64,000 bases of DNA from Zygnema circumcarinatum SAG 698-1b. Taxonomy: Eukaryota > Plantae > Zygnematophyceae. The stretch is taken from contig CM074812.1 in NCBI GenBank assembly GCA_037447605.1, positions 2,356,001 to 2,420,000 of the forward strand, written 5' to 3'. A model generated the notes under the pieces. The model saw only the letters and a list, made by a program, of their open reading frames with translations, did not search any database and had not been told where the DNA came from. Each line of letters starts with the position of its first letter. Positions within the stretch are counted from its first letter, which is position 1. Made by a program: the position numbers and the translations under genes. This document shows, in pieces, positions 12,271-22,710 of this stretch.

Positions 12271-12890
12271 TCAGTTCTAGTTCCTGTTCCTGTTCCTGTT
12301 CCAGTTCCAGTTCCAGTTCCTGTTCCAGTTCCAGTTCCTGTTCCTGTTCCAGTTCCAGTTGCAGTTGCAGTTGCAGTTGCAGTTCCAGTTCCAGTTCCAG
12401 TTCCAGTTCCAGTTCCAGTTATGGTAGTTCGGTTACAGCTCCATGCTTCGTATCCTTATTGTAGTTTCACTTCCAGTTTCACTTCCAGTTTCACCGTTCT
12501 CAGTTCTTGTTCCTGTTCTAGTTCCAGTTTTAGGTCCAGCTCCAGTTCCAGTTCCAGTTCCTGCTCCAGTTCCAGTTCCAGATACAGTCCCACTTTCAGT
12601 GTTCAGTCCCAGTCAGTTCCAGTTTTAGTTCGGTTGCAGCTTCAGACTTTGAATTTTAGTTGTGGTTCCAGTGCCAGTTTGAGCGTTCTCCGTTCCTGTT
12701 CCAGGATCAGTGCCAGTTGCTGTCCATGTTCCCACGACCGTTCCAGTTGCGCATTACTATTTGTATAAAAGAAAATATCACTTGAACTCCCAATTCCAGT
12801 TTGCCAGTTCTAGTTCGATCCCAGTTACATTTCAGTAAGACATCGAGGCAGTTCCAGTTGTAGTTCTAGCCCGTTGTAGTTCTAGTCCCC
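12271..12890. repeat. Hexamer array (CCAGTT/CCTGTT/GCAGTT)n
   Basis: Read directly; it generates the spurious poly-S and poly-PV ORFs. Confidence 0.9.
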
Positions 12891-13571
12891 GTATTAGACG
12901 AGATCTACTTCCACATTGCAGCCTCAATTCTAGTTGTAGTTACAGTTGCCGTTGACATGGAGAGCCACCTTAGAGCCAATTCCAGCGAGCGGCGTTTTAG
13001 GGTTAGGGCTGCTCGGCATCTAGTGGAGGATAAGTTCCCGCCGGCCGGCAAGGAAACTGCCGCTGACCGGCGAGGCAGTTGCCGGTCGGCAACTATTGGA
13101 GGACAAGTTTCCGCCGGCCGGCAAGGAAGGAATGCCGCTGACCGACGAGACAGTTCCGGGCCGGCAACTAAGTTCCCGCACGGTTTATTCGGCAAACCTG
13201 GACTACTCCCCACTGTCCGATTAAGAAGCCAAGAAGAGATTGAACAGACACGATTTTGCCACGTGGCAACATTTAACATGCCGTTGTAGCAGTCCGGCGG
13301 TAGATTTTGTGGTACACTCTCTGGAGGATCTGATTTGATCGCATGCCATAATTTCTCTAATTTTTTTGGGTAGTGATATTTCCACCCCTTTTTTGGATCC
13401 AAACACCCCTTCCCGGCCGGGCAGATTTCAAAAAGGATTAAAAACGGAAAATGCTTTTTTCACACCTTTTTGGAATCGATACCCACCCTCCATCGGCAGA
13501 TTGTATTTTTGCGAAACAAGGAAAATTATAACCCTTCACTCCATTTGAATATCTCGCTTACCTGAATTTTT

Positions 13572-14005
13572 TTTCACGCGTGCGGTCAATCGCAGCCGTC
13601 GATTCCCTCGCAGATCGCAACGAGGCAGACCACTATTTCATCTGCAGCCGGGCTCGGTCACAGCGAATGGCACGGGCCCACATATCCCGCCAAAGTCGTC
13701 TCAAAAATGTGTCCGTACAAATATCGTACGGTCGTACCAAAAAGTTTGTACATTGAGAATTTGGACCAATCAAAATTTTCCACGTCAAAAATTTAACACG
13801 TGGCAAATTTTGATTGGTGGGACTAACATACAAAACAAGATCTCAGGCGATACGCGCGCACTCGCAAGTGCGATCGGCTTGAGCGGGACTCGTGGGCGCT
13901 TTCCATTCGTGATCAAGAGAACTTTCAACGCAGATCGAACGGTGATCTGCAGTGGTGCGATCTGCGAGGGAAATCGACAGCTGCGATTGACACACACGTG
14001 TGAAA
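13572..14005. mobile_element. Foldback/MITE-like element with about 48-bp imperfect TIRs and a central 21-bp hairpin
   Basis: 13572-13619 (TTTCACGCGTGCGGTCAATCGCAGCCGTCGATTCCCTCGCAGATCGCA) pairs with 13956-14005. Stem 13765-13785 pairs with 13798-13818 (1 mismatch). No clear TSD. Confidence 0.55.
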
Positions 14006-14171
14006 GACGGACACCCGCAAACGATATTCGTAACAAAGACAAACCTTCACTGCAAGCAGATTGAGCAGGCANNNNNNNNNNNNNNNNNNNNNNNNNNNNN
14101 NNNNNNNNNNNNNNNNNNNNNNNNNNNNNNNNNNNNNNNNNNNNNNNNNNNNNNNNNNNNNNNNNNNNNNN

Positions 14172-14972
14172 ATCTCAAACCTCAAACCTACCCCTTCAAC
14201 CTTTACCTATAGAAGTCCTAATGTGAGGAGGTTTAATTTAAAGGTCAGTTATTTTAAAAATCTTTCCCTCGTCTTTTGTTCCCTCCCTACCCCGCTCTCC
14301 CTCCCTCTCCCTCTCCCTCCCTCGCCCTCTCCCTCCCTCTCCCACCCTCCCTTTGACGGAGAGCATCCCATTCATAAGTGCCCTCTCGGCCCCGCAGAGA
14401 AGCCCCTTTTACTTTGCTCAAAAATAAAAACATCAGCATACTGTACAGTACTGTACTCAGAAGAAGGGGAAAATTGCAAAATGAGAAAAAACAAGAAGTG
14501 AATTGAGGAATGATTCTCGTCACAGAAAGTACTTTGTCGATGATATCCAGTCAACTAAGAAATAAGGTATATATTAATTGTCCAGTGTAGGCACTGAACA
14601 GTGAGGATCCATTTTGGTTTTTTATTCCAAACTGAGAGCAAATGTTTAGCCGTGAGATTAGTAGTCAAGCTGAAGATAAAACTGATTGAACTTCGAAGGA
14701 TGGATAACGAAGTGTTGCGTAGTATCATTACTTTCCTTGTGTTTCCATCATTCACATTCCCCTACGTACTACTTCCTCTACTTAAATCACTTCAAAAAAC
14801 TTGCGATGACAAAGCCATTGAACAAAGCACCCAAAAACTAAAAGAGCCTACACCAAGAACCTGCACCCTGGCCTGGATCCAGGATCCACCCTGGCCTGGA
14901 TCCAGGATCCACCAAGGCTTCGATCCAGGATCCACCCTGGCCTCGATCCAGGATCCACCAAGGCTTCGATCC
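14172..14972 (-). pseudogene. Heavily deleted inverted relic of the hevein-PAN receptor locus (non-coding fragments only)
   Basis: 14172-14448 matches revcomp of 36123-36396; about 14555-14700 matches revcomp of about 34465-34610; about 14780-14960 matches revcomp of about 32460-32565. The three pieces are colinear in inverted order. Confidence 0.75.
14865..14972. repeat. 23-bp tandem repeat ACCCTGGCCTGGATCCAGGATCC, about 4.7 copies
   Basis: Units start at 14865, 14888, 14911, 14934 and 14957. Two inverted copies lie at 32463-32505. Confidence 0.85.
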
Positions 14973-14989
14973 CGATGGAGAGGAGATGA

Positions 14990-15707
14990 TGGCCCGGACG
15001 TGTCGTGCCATATTGGCGCCATACACACCTCCTGGCCGCGACCGTACGGCGGACAAAACGAGATGCTGTACAGTACTGTACTGTAGGGGCGGCAAAAAGT
15101 CCGTACAAGTTCTCATTTCTCTCCTGCTGCTCCGATCTGTCGTTTGATTCCCTCTCCCTTTCAACACCCTTAGTCAACTTTATGGTTAAGTAAGAGATTA
15201 CGCAAATGACCTGTTAGTGATGGTTTATTCGCTCTCAAATCAGTATGATAACTTCTTGGCTCAGTTTTTAGATTCTTTTTTAGTCCCCTAAAGACCCTAA
15301 AGTGGTTTTGGATGATGCAGAGCGCTTTGAGGATGTATATTTGTTAGGCAGAAAGCTCGCAGAGGGCAAATTTGGAACTACATTTGAGTGTCAGGAAAAG
15401 GAGACTGAAAAATCGGCCTGCTGTAAAGTGATTTCTAAAAGTAACTGGAAGTCTCCCGAACACTTTAAAGATGTGAAACGAGAAATCGCGATTCTGCATC
15501 ATGTGGCGGGGCACGAGAATATTGTGAATATCTACGGAGCTTATGATGATAAGGTTAAATTTTATATTGTCATGGAACTATGTAAAGGAGGGGATTTGTA
15601 CGACGCAATGATGGAAAGGATGAAGAGGAATAAAGGGATCCCTTACTGGTTTGTGATTTTCTTAAGCCGCTTTATCACATACAGGAATATTTACGTTATC
15701 AATCGCT
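14990..15707 (+). pseudogene. CPK: 5' fragment of CDPK (upstream region plus first kinase exon), truncated in intron 1
   Basis: 14990-15165 matches about 22770-22935, and 15161-15707 matches about 23937-24490. The ATG equivalent is GTG (15302). The copy breaks about 60 nt into the intron and joins the CYSTM leader. Confidence 0.85.
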
Positions 15708-15749
15708 AACCCTTACACATTACTCGAACCCTAACCCTGCTCCCTACCA

Positions 15750-15948
15750 ATGGCGTACCAAGGTCCCCCCGTGGGAACCCCCCTCCTCCCGGCTATGGCC
15801 CCCCTCCCCCTGGCTATGGCGGACCTCCCCCTCCCGGCTATGGCGGCCCCCCGCCTCCCGGGTACTACCCCCCTCCCCCCCCGCAGGTGGTGGTGGTGGA
15901 TCAGCACCAACGCAGAGACGACGGTGGCGGCGATTGCTGCACGGCGTG
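15750..15948 (+). pseudogene. CYSTM: CYSTM (cysteine-rich transmembrane module) first exon, copy 1, with an apparent 1-nt deletion
   Basis: MAYQGPPVG; adding one base in the C run at about 15778-15783 gives PPPPGYGPPPPGYGG..YYPPPPPQVVVVDQHQRRDDGGGDCCTAW|GTGAGT. It could be a homopolymer assembly error. Confidence 0.7.
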
Positions 15949-16721
15949 GTGAGTGGAGGGCCGGGTCTGTGAGCCGGCAGAAATTTGAAAGCCGAGGGTA
16001 GGGTGTATAGGGAGGGGGGAGCGGGCGAGCGGCCATATGTACGAAGCGGCGGAGCTGTCTACCACGTGGCGCGCAGGTATTCGCTTATCGGCGTGAGGGC
16101 GCCACGTGGCGTGCATTTATAGGACAGGTGAAGGAAAAGGTTGACTTCGTACAAGAAACTACAATCTAACAGCCGCCGCCGAGGGAAGGTCTGGCCGCGG
16201 CCCTGAATGCCGTACAATACGGACTGGATCCGTATCTCAAGGACCAATAGTAGTTCTCGCACGCGCGTCTGAACGCGTCAGAAGCAGGAACAATCATTCG
16301 AGGTGTGATACACGCAAAACAAAAAAACAAAAAATCAAATCAAATCTACTGCTGCCCGCGGGCAGCTGGGGCCCACAAATCTGAAAGTCAAGGTCGAGGT
16401 CATGTCACAGCATACTGTACAGGGAAGTCGGGAGGAAGGAGGCCAATTGTCAACGCGCTTTGGCCAACGCGCTTCCTCTCCTTTTCCCTCTCCCTCGACT
16501 CTATGTCAGGGGAAAGAAGCCGCCGGTAGGCAGATCGCCGAGCGGGAGAGAGATAGAACGAGACGGAGAGAGGGGTGGAGAGCGGGGGAGAGCAAGAGCG
16601 AAAGCTTGTGGGAGAGAGAGGAAGAGGGACAGAGAGAGGGACAGGGAGAGGGGGAGGGAGAGAGCCAGGTTTTTTCCCTCACCCTTCCTCATTACTCGAA
16701 CCCTAACCAAAATTCCTACCA

Positions 16722-17727
16722 ATGGCCTACCAAGGTCCCCCCGTGGGAGTCCCCCCTCCCCAGGGATATGGCTACCCCCCTCAGGGATATGGCTACCCTT
16801 CCCAGGGCTACGGGTACTACCCTCCTCCTCCCCCTCAGGTGGTGGTGGTGAATCAGGCTCCCGAAAAAAACGATGACGACGAAGATTTATGCTGCATGGT
16901 GTGGTGAGTGGAGGGCCGGGTCTGCGTGATTTTATTACGGATGGAGGGGAGGGGCGAATGGGGGGGAGAAGGAGGAAGGAGAGAGAGGGAAGGGGGAAGA
17001 GGGACGGGTGACGGGGGAGTGGAGGGAGGGGGGGGGGGGGAGGGAGGGGGAAGGGGAGATGGGGAAGGGGGGAGGACGGATGAGAGAGGGGGAATGGGGG
17101 AGGGGGGAGGCCGGAGGGGCAAGGCGGAGAGGAAGTGGGGAGGAGGGAGGAGGGAGGGTGGAGGGGAAATGAGGGATGGGGGAGCGGGGAGGGCGGAGGG
17201 GGAAGGGGAAGGGGAAGGAGGGAGGAGAGAGGGAGGAGTGGGGTGGCATTGAGGAGGGGATGGCGTCGGGTTCAGAGGGAATATGGAAGGGGAAGGGGAC
17301 GTGAGTTGGGGAGGAGGAGAGATGGAGAGGTTGAGGGAGGATGTTGTGGAGGGAGGTGGGCGGGTGGAGAAGCGATAGAGTAGATGGAGGAAGCGGGTGA
17401 GGGTGCGATGGGAAGTAGAGGAGGGGTGGGCCGTAGATAGGGGAGCGCCTGTGTAGTGGAAAGACAGTGAGATTGAGTGGGAGAGAGGGAAGGAGAAAGA
17501 GGGAAATAGTAAATGCAGACCAAATGACCTGCATTGCTGCGCCCATCTAGGGATTGAGTACATTTTTTGTTTTGTGGTTCCACTTTACTTCGGGATTCCG
17601 TTTTGTGGAAAAAGTAGATTTGGAAACTTCATTGCTCAATAGGCTGCGTAGCTGCTTCTTATGTGCCCTTATATGTGTAGTGTACAATAGGGGTATAGTA
17701 CGAGGTAGTACACTTTACGGTCCTTAG
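16722..17727 (+). CDS. CYSTM: CYSTM family protein, copy 2 (exon 1 16722-16903; probable exon 2 from 17643)
   Basis: MAYQGPPVGVPPPQGYGYPPQGYG..QVVVVNQ..DLCCMVW. The PPVGVPPPQGY start is typical of plant CYSTM proteins. The phase-2 donor at 16904 fits the acceptor at 17642 giving WLRSCFLCALICVV..YGP*. Exon 2 is less certain. Confidence 0.75.
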
Positions 17728-19656
17728 CCAGTGTCGGCGGTCCTTGATAGATACGGTCACAGTCTGAACAGTGCGCTAGAGCGCTGTTCTGAGTCGGACG
17801 ACGTTTCGGGTTTAAATAGGACACGTGGCGGGCGGCGATAGGCCGCGCCACCAGTGGAGTCCGCTTAGGTTTTATAAGTGTTGTGTATACACGTGGCGCG
17901 CGACGATAGGTCGCGCGGCTTCGAGTTAGCTTAGTACGGATTATTGGAGACGCGAAGGAGCGCGGAAGTTTAGGAGCGACGGAGGAGCTTTTCGAAGGAG
18001 GGTTTCGGTACGGACGCTCCCCTCCCCATGGCGGCCTCCCGAGCTGAGCTCCCGCGCGGCGCGGAGCGAACTCCAGAAGGCGCGGAGCGACCTCGACGAC
18101 ATGGAGGTGGAACGCGGTGACACGCGGTGGAACGTGGAGGTGCTTCAGCGGCCAGTATTTAGTGTGCTTAGAGCATAGAGTTAGCAACCCTTAGAACCTT
18201 GCATCTCGGCTTGTGGTGCTGAGTGTAGAGGCCTGCTGTATGGGCAGCAGTAGATAGGAGTGTAGGGCAGAGCAGTAGGAATCGCCTGAGGGCTGAATTT
18301 CTGTGTGTAACCCTTCTTATCTATTTTAAGGAGTTTTGAGCCGGTGGGGCTTTCTCCTCTTACTTCACTTCTCGGTGTCATTTCTCTTCAGTCTTCATTC
18401 TCTCTTTCCGTTGTGTGCATTGGGGAGGGTGTGTTCGCTGAAGTGCAAGGATGTCTGAGAGTGCAGCAAGTGAGAGAGACCAGGCTCTAGTTTTCAACAA
18501 TATGCATGTGTCAATTCATTCTGCTCTCCTGGGGCTCTCTCCCACCTCTCCCTCTCTCACTTTTGTGTCTCCCACGGCCTTCATTCCAGTATCTCCTTCT
18601 TGCAACTCCTCTCCTGCATTCTCTCCCATCTCCCATTTTTATGCTTCGTTTTATTCTTCTGTCCCCTCTCTCATCACTCCGCCTTCCACGATACTTTTCC
18701 TCTCTTCTCACATGACCGCTCTCTCGCACTTCCTCCTTCATAGCTCCCGCTCCCATTGGTCCCTCTTCGAGAACCCTCTGCTCTCTCCCACAACCCTCTC
18801 TCCTCTGCGCTCTCCCTCCGTTTCTCTCTCTCCTCTTCCCTCTCTCTATCGGGCTCTCATTGCCTTGAATCGATATTTCTCAGCCTCTCCGACTGTTCTC
18901 ATTCCTCGCTCTCTTTCTGCGTCTGTCCCACTTTCTCAGGTTTTCCTCACTTCCCGCCTCACTCTGTTCCTCTAATTGTACGCTTCTATGCACTCTCTGT
19001 CACTCTCTAACTAACCCAGTCGCTCGTTGTTCCCCTTTTATTTTATTTTATTTCATTTCATTTCATTTTATTCTATTTTATTTTATTTTGTGCACTAAGA
19101 TAGCCTGCTGCTGCTGCCACGTGCTCAGTTGTCTCCTCGGCGGCGATATTCCCTGTTGAGGCCTCCCCTTTACTTTCAAGACAATCGAAATGGAATGATT
19201 CTCGTTGAGCATGAAAAGGGAGAGAGGGAGCAGGAGAGATTGGACCAGCATAGACCAATCGCGTACCCCCACGTGGACAGAACCCCCCAATCCGCGCACA
19301 AACTGTGGCCAGCTGGCGTTATATGGTTCTTTGCCACATGTCGAGATGCAGAATAAGTACTCTCATTTGCACATTTTCCATTCACGTCCATTTTGCGCGG
19401 TACTATCTCGTTTCATGCGAATGTGCGAGCTCACGATGTTGGTTGGCATCACAGCGCGACTCCCTCTCTCACGAGAAGAGAAGAGACGAAGAGACGGAGA
19501 CAAAGTGCGAGAGGGAGGGAGAGAGGGAGACCGAGTGGGAGAGAGGGAGGGACAGAGGGAGGGAGGGAGGAAACGAGGGAAAGAAGGAGGGAAAGAGGGA
19601 GAGAGTGAAGAGAGAGAGTGGGCGGGAGGGAAAGGAGAGAGGGAGGGACCCCAAAG

Positions 19657-19992
19657 GAGCCCCTTCCTAATTGCTCAAAAACAATATCAGCATACCGTAC
19701 AGTAGGGGGGCCAGATTTAATGAACCTCGAGACTTGGCTCAGCCCTCCGCCTGCCTGTACTTCGACCCTTCTCATTAAATAAATAGCGGACCTAAATACG
19801 TACTGCTAAGCATCCCTCAAGATGGGTCCAGACCTGTTCTAAAAAGGAACGAACAAACTCAAAAAAACTCACTAATGCGAGCGCAGACGTGGCACACCTA
19901 AGTAATCGTTTCACACAATACCTGCGTTTGCATTTGCATTATTATTAATAAAATTATTAACAACAATAGGGGGTACAGGTGCAGGTGCAGGT
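19657..19992 (-). pseudogene. Inverted relic of the 3' end and downstream region of the hevein-PAN receptor gene
   Basis: Reverse complement aligns with 35835-36169 (ACCTGCACCTGCACCTGTAC..GGTGTGCCACGTC..CGAAGTA.AGGCAGGCG.AGGGCTGAGCCAAG). Confidence 0.85.
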
Positions 19993-20001
19993 ACGCAAAG
20001 T

Positions 20002-21550
20002 TCTCTCTTCTAGTTTCTCTCTCCTTTACTCTCTCTCATCTACTCATTCACTCTCCTCTGCTCTTCAAGAGAGAGAGAGAGCTCTATCTCTCTCTCTCTC
20101 TCTCTCTATCTCTCTCGCTCTCTCCCTTTCTCCTCTGCTCTGCTCTCTCTTTGCGAATGTCTTTACGGACGTTGCGCTGATGTGTGAGTAGGAGAAAACA
20201 AGGGGGGAATGTCCAAAGTAGGGTGGGGATAGCCAAAATTGGAGGGGGGGCAGAGTAGCCAAAATGGGAGACTGCGATTTCAAAAAAACAGGGGCGGGAT
20301 AACCAAAAAAGGTGGGCGGTATATAGTTCTCCAAAAAATCTGTTAATCGAAACGGATTTTGAACATGGGTCACGCTATTTCGATGTACATTAAGTATGGA
20401 TAAAATCTCCAATCCGTATGGTATATGTACGAAACCAATAGGAGCTCATGTAGGAGCTTAAGTTTCTTTTAGTTGTACCTTCCGTTTGCATTTAAAGGAT
20501 CTGCCTCTCCCACTTGTGGGCTTCTTTCAAAACAATAACGTCTGAAGTGATAGCCCAGACCACCAAGTAAATTCCAATGATTGTTCTCACTATAATTAAA
20601 ATATTCCTGACTGCAGAAAATCAAACCCAACACACCTTGTTAAAATTCTGCGGTTATTAAATTAATGTAATTATCAAATAATCCGTCATACTGAGTAAAT
20701 CAAAACTTTCTTTTGTATGTTTCTGGTTCCGAGGCATAAATTTGTTTTCTTTGTGTTTTATAAATAATCTCAGACATTCCAGTACTCGGTTTGACCATCA
20801 CCATCGCTTACGAAATTCCCGAATTCTTCATACTAAAAGTCACTTCTTTCGTGTACGAATTTCGGGTCGGGATCCGCGGCTCCGCCGTTACAGCTGTACC
20901 GAAATGCGTACCTAGCCAATGTTTAATTCGCCCGACAGGCTTACGAAATTGACATGGCGATGGTCAAGGTCTGACTCCCCCTAATATTTTCGCGATGGTT
21001 TCGGCAGATATTATTGGGCGAAAATCTTGGAATTTGAAAATATAAGGAAGTCCGTGTTACCAATAGGCGGGCGGTCTTATGTTAGAGTCCGGCCTGCGGC
21101 CGTACTGCTTCTCTCTGTACGGAGGCGCATGGCCGCCCGGCGGGCCCTGTCGCGAGCTCCTATTGGTGCCTTACATTTACCAACACGAGCTTCTATTGGT
21201 GCCGTACATTTAGCTACATGAGCTCCTATAGGTTTCGTACATATACCATACGGATTGGAGATTTTATCCGTACTTAATGTACATCGAAATAGCGTGACCC
21301 ATGTTCAAAATCCGTTTCGATTAACAGATTTTTAGGAGAACTATATACCGCCCACCTTTTTTGGTTATCCCGCCCCTGTTTTTTTGAAATCGCAGTCTCC
21401 CATTTTGGCTACTCTGCCCCCCCTCCCATTTTGGCTATCCCCACCCTACTTTGGACATTCCCCCCTTGTTTTCTCCTACTCACACATCAGCGCAACGTCC
21501 GTAAAGACATTCGCAAAGAGAGAGCAGAGCAGAGGAGAAAGGGAGAGAGC

Positions 21551-21587
<37 letters not shown>

Positions 21588-21675
21588 CTCTATCTCTCTC
21601 TCTCTCTCTTGAAGAGCAGAGGAGAGTGAATGAGTAGATGAGAGAGAGCAAAGGAGAGAGAATCTAGAAGAGAGA
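20002..21675. repeat. Long near-perfect inverted repeat: arms 20002-20453 and 21214-21675, spacer about 760 bp
   Basis: The arms are reverse complements with only a few substitutions (e.g. TTTGCGAATGTCTTTACGGACGTTGCGCTGATGTGTGAG vs CTCACACATCAGCGCAACGTCCGTAAAGACATTCGCAAA). Confidence 0.95.
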
Positions 21676-22004
21676 GAGCAGAGGAGAGAGAGACTAGAGG
21701 AGAGAGAGAGAGAGCAAAGGAGAGAAGAGGAGAGAGAAAGAGCAGAGTGAGAGCCGAGAAGAGAGTGTATAGAGAGAGAGAGAGCAGAGGAGTGAGAGCA
21801 GAGGAGAGAGAGACTAGAGGAGAGAGCAGTGGAGAAAGCAAAGGAGCGAGAGAGAATGAGCAGAATCTCCTCCCGAAATATCGAAAATGGGGGGGAATAG
21901 CCAAAATGGGAGGGGGGGCAGAATAGCCAACATGGGAGACTGGGATTTCAAAAAAACAGGGGCGGGATAACCAAAAGGGGGGGGTGGGCGGTATATAGTT
22001 CTCC
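21335..22004. mobile_element. Non-autonomous TIR element (MITE; MULE-like long TIRs), 670 bp
   Basis: Starts GGAGAACTATATACCGCCC and ends GGGCGGTATATAGTTCTCC, with TIRs of about 115 bp and a GA-rich interior. Flanks are ATTTTT(A/T) and ATTTTTT, a possible 7-bp TSD but low complexity. Confidence 0.7.
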
Positions 22005-22189
22005 ATTTTTTATTGCAAAATAGGTCACGTTAGGTTAACACCCCTAATACATTAACACAGACTTCCCGTACTAAAAGTGGTTTCGGCAAAATCAGGGGGA
22101 ATTCCAGGGTGGAAAATATTAGGGGGAGTCAGACCTTGACCATCGCCAAACCAATTTCGGGTGCTTTACTGTAATGATTCTCGGGCGTA

Positions 22190-22710
22190 CTTGTGAACGC
22201 TTCAGAAGGAGGAGCAATAATTCGATGTGTGAACACGCAAGCTGGTCCGTCGTTGTCCACGAGTGTGAGCGCGACTTGGGAGACCGGACAGCCTGATACG
22301 ACAACGCCGCACAGTACGGCCCCAGCCCGCATACGACACGTAGACCTTACGCGTCCACGGGCGGCGTTCCCTGTCTGTAGCGGTGGCGTCGCATTTTCAT
22401 TTCTTTGTGTGCTATGACGTGACCGCGAACTTTCCGCTGTCAGATTTGTCAGGAGCGTGCGGCACGCGACAACGACAAAGCACGTTGCTAACGCGATTGA
22501 GGGAGAGGGAGCGCGGAGGAAATTGAAATCAACAGTCGAATGATGGTAGAATGGGGTAAACAGCTGGTGGTGGACTTTCCAAAAAGTAGGCAGCATGTTG
22601 ATCACGTGTCGGGGGTCCTGGCGTGGATCGAAGTCCACCTCCCTCCAAGCTGGCAGCCGCCCGGCCCTGAGCCGACCCGTACGCGTTCGTACTGTTTTTG
22701 CCTACGTGGC
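22190..22710. promoter_or_regulatory. CDPK upstream region; inverted homolog of 29085-29850 (upstream of the receptor gene)
   Basis: For example GGCTGTCCGGTCTCCCAAGTCGCGCTCACACTCG and CTCAGGGCCGGGCGGCTG.CAGCTTGGA occur in opposite orientations at the two sites. Promoter function is inferred from position. Confidence 0.7.

Noticed and set aside
14865-14972. CRISPR-like array (palindromic 23-bp repeats)
   Set aside because: The repeats are contiguous with no unique spacers, there are no cas genes, and the context is eukaryotic.
19078-19356. Short ORFs on both strands as exons of a real gene
   Set aside because: No homology or consistent splice chain.
20002-21675. Pack-MULE with 450-bp TIRs
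   Set aside because: No TSD, and the arms contain a truncated copy of a different TIR element; a local inverted duplication explains it better.
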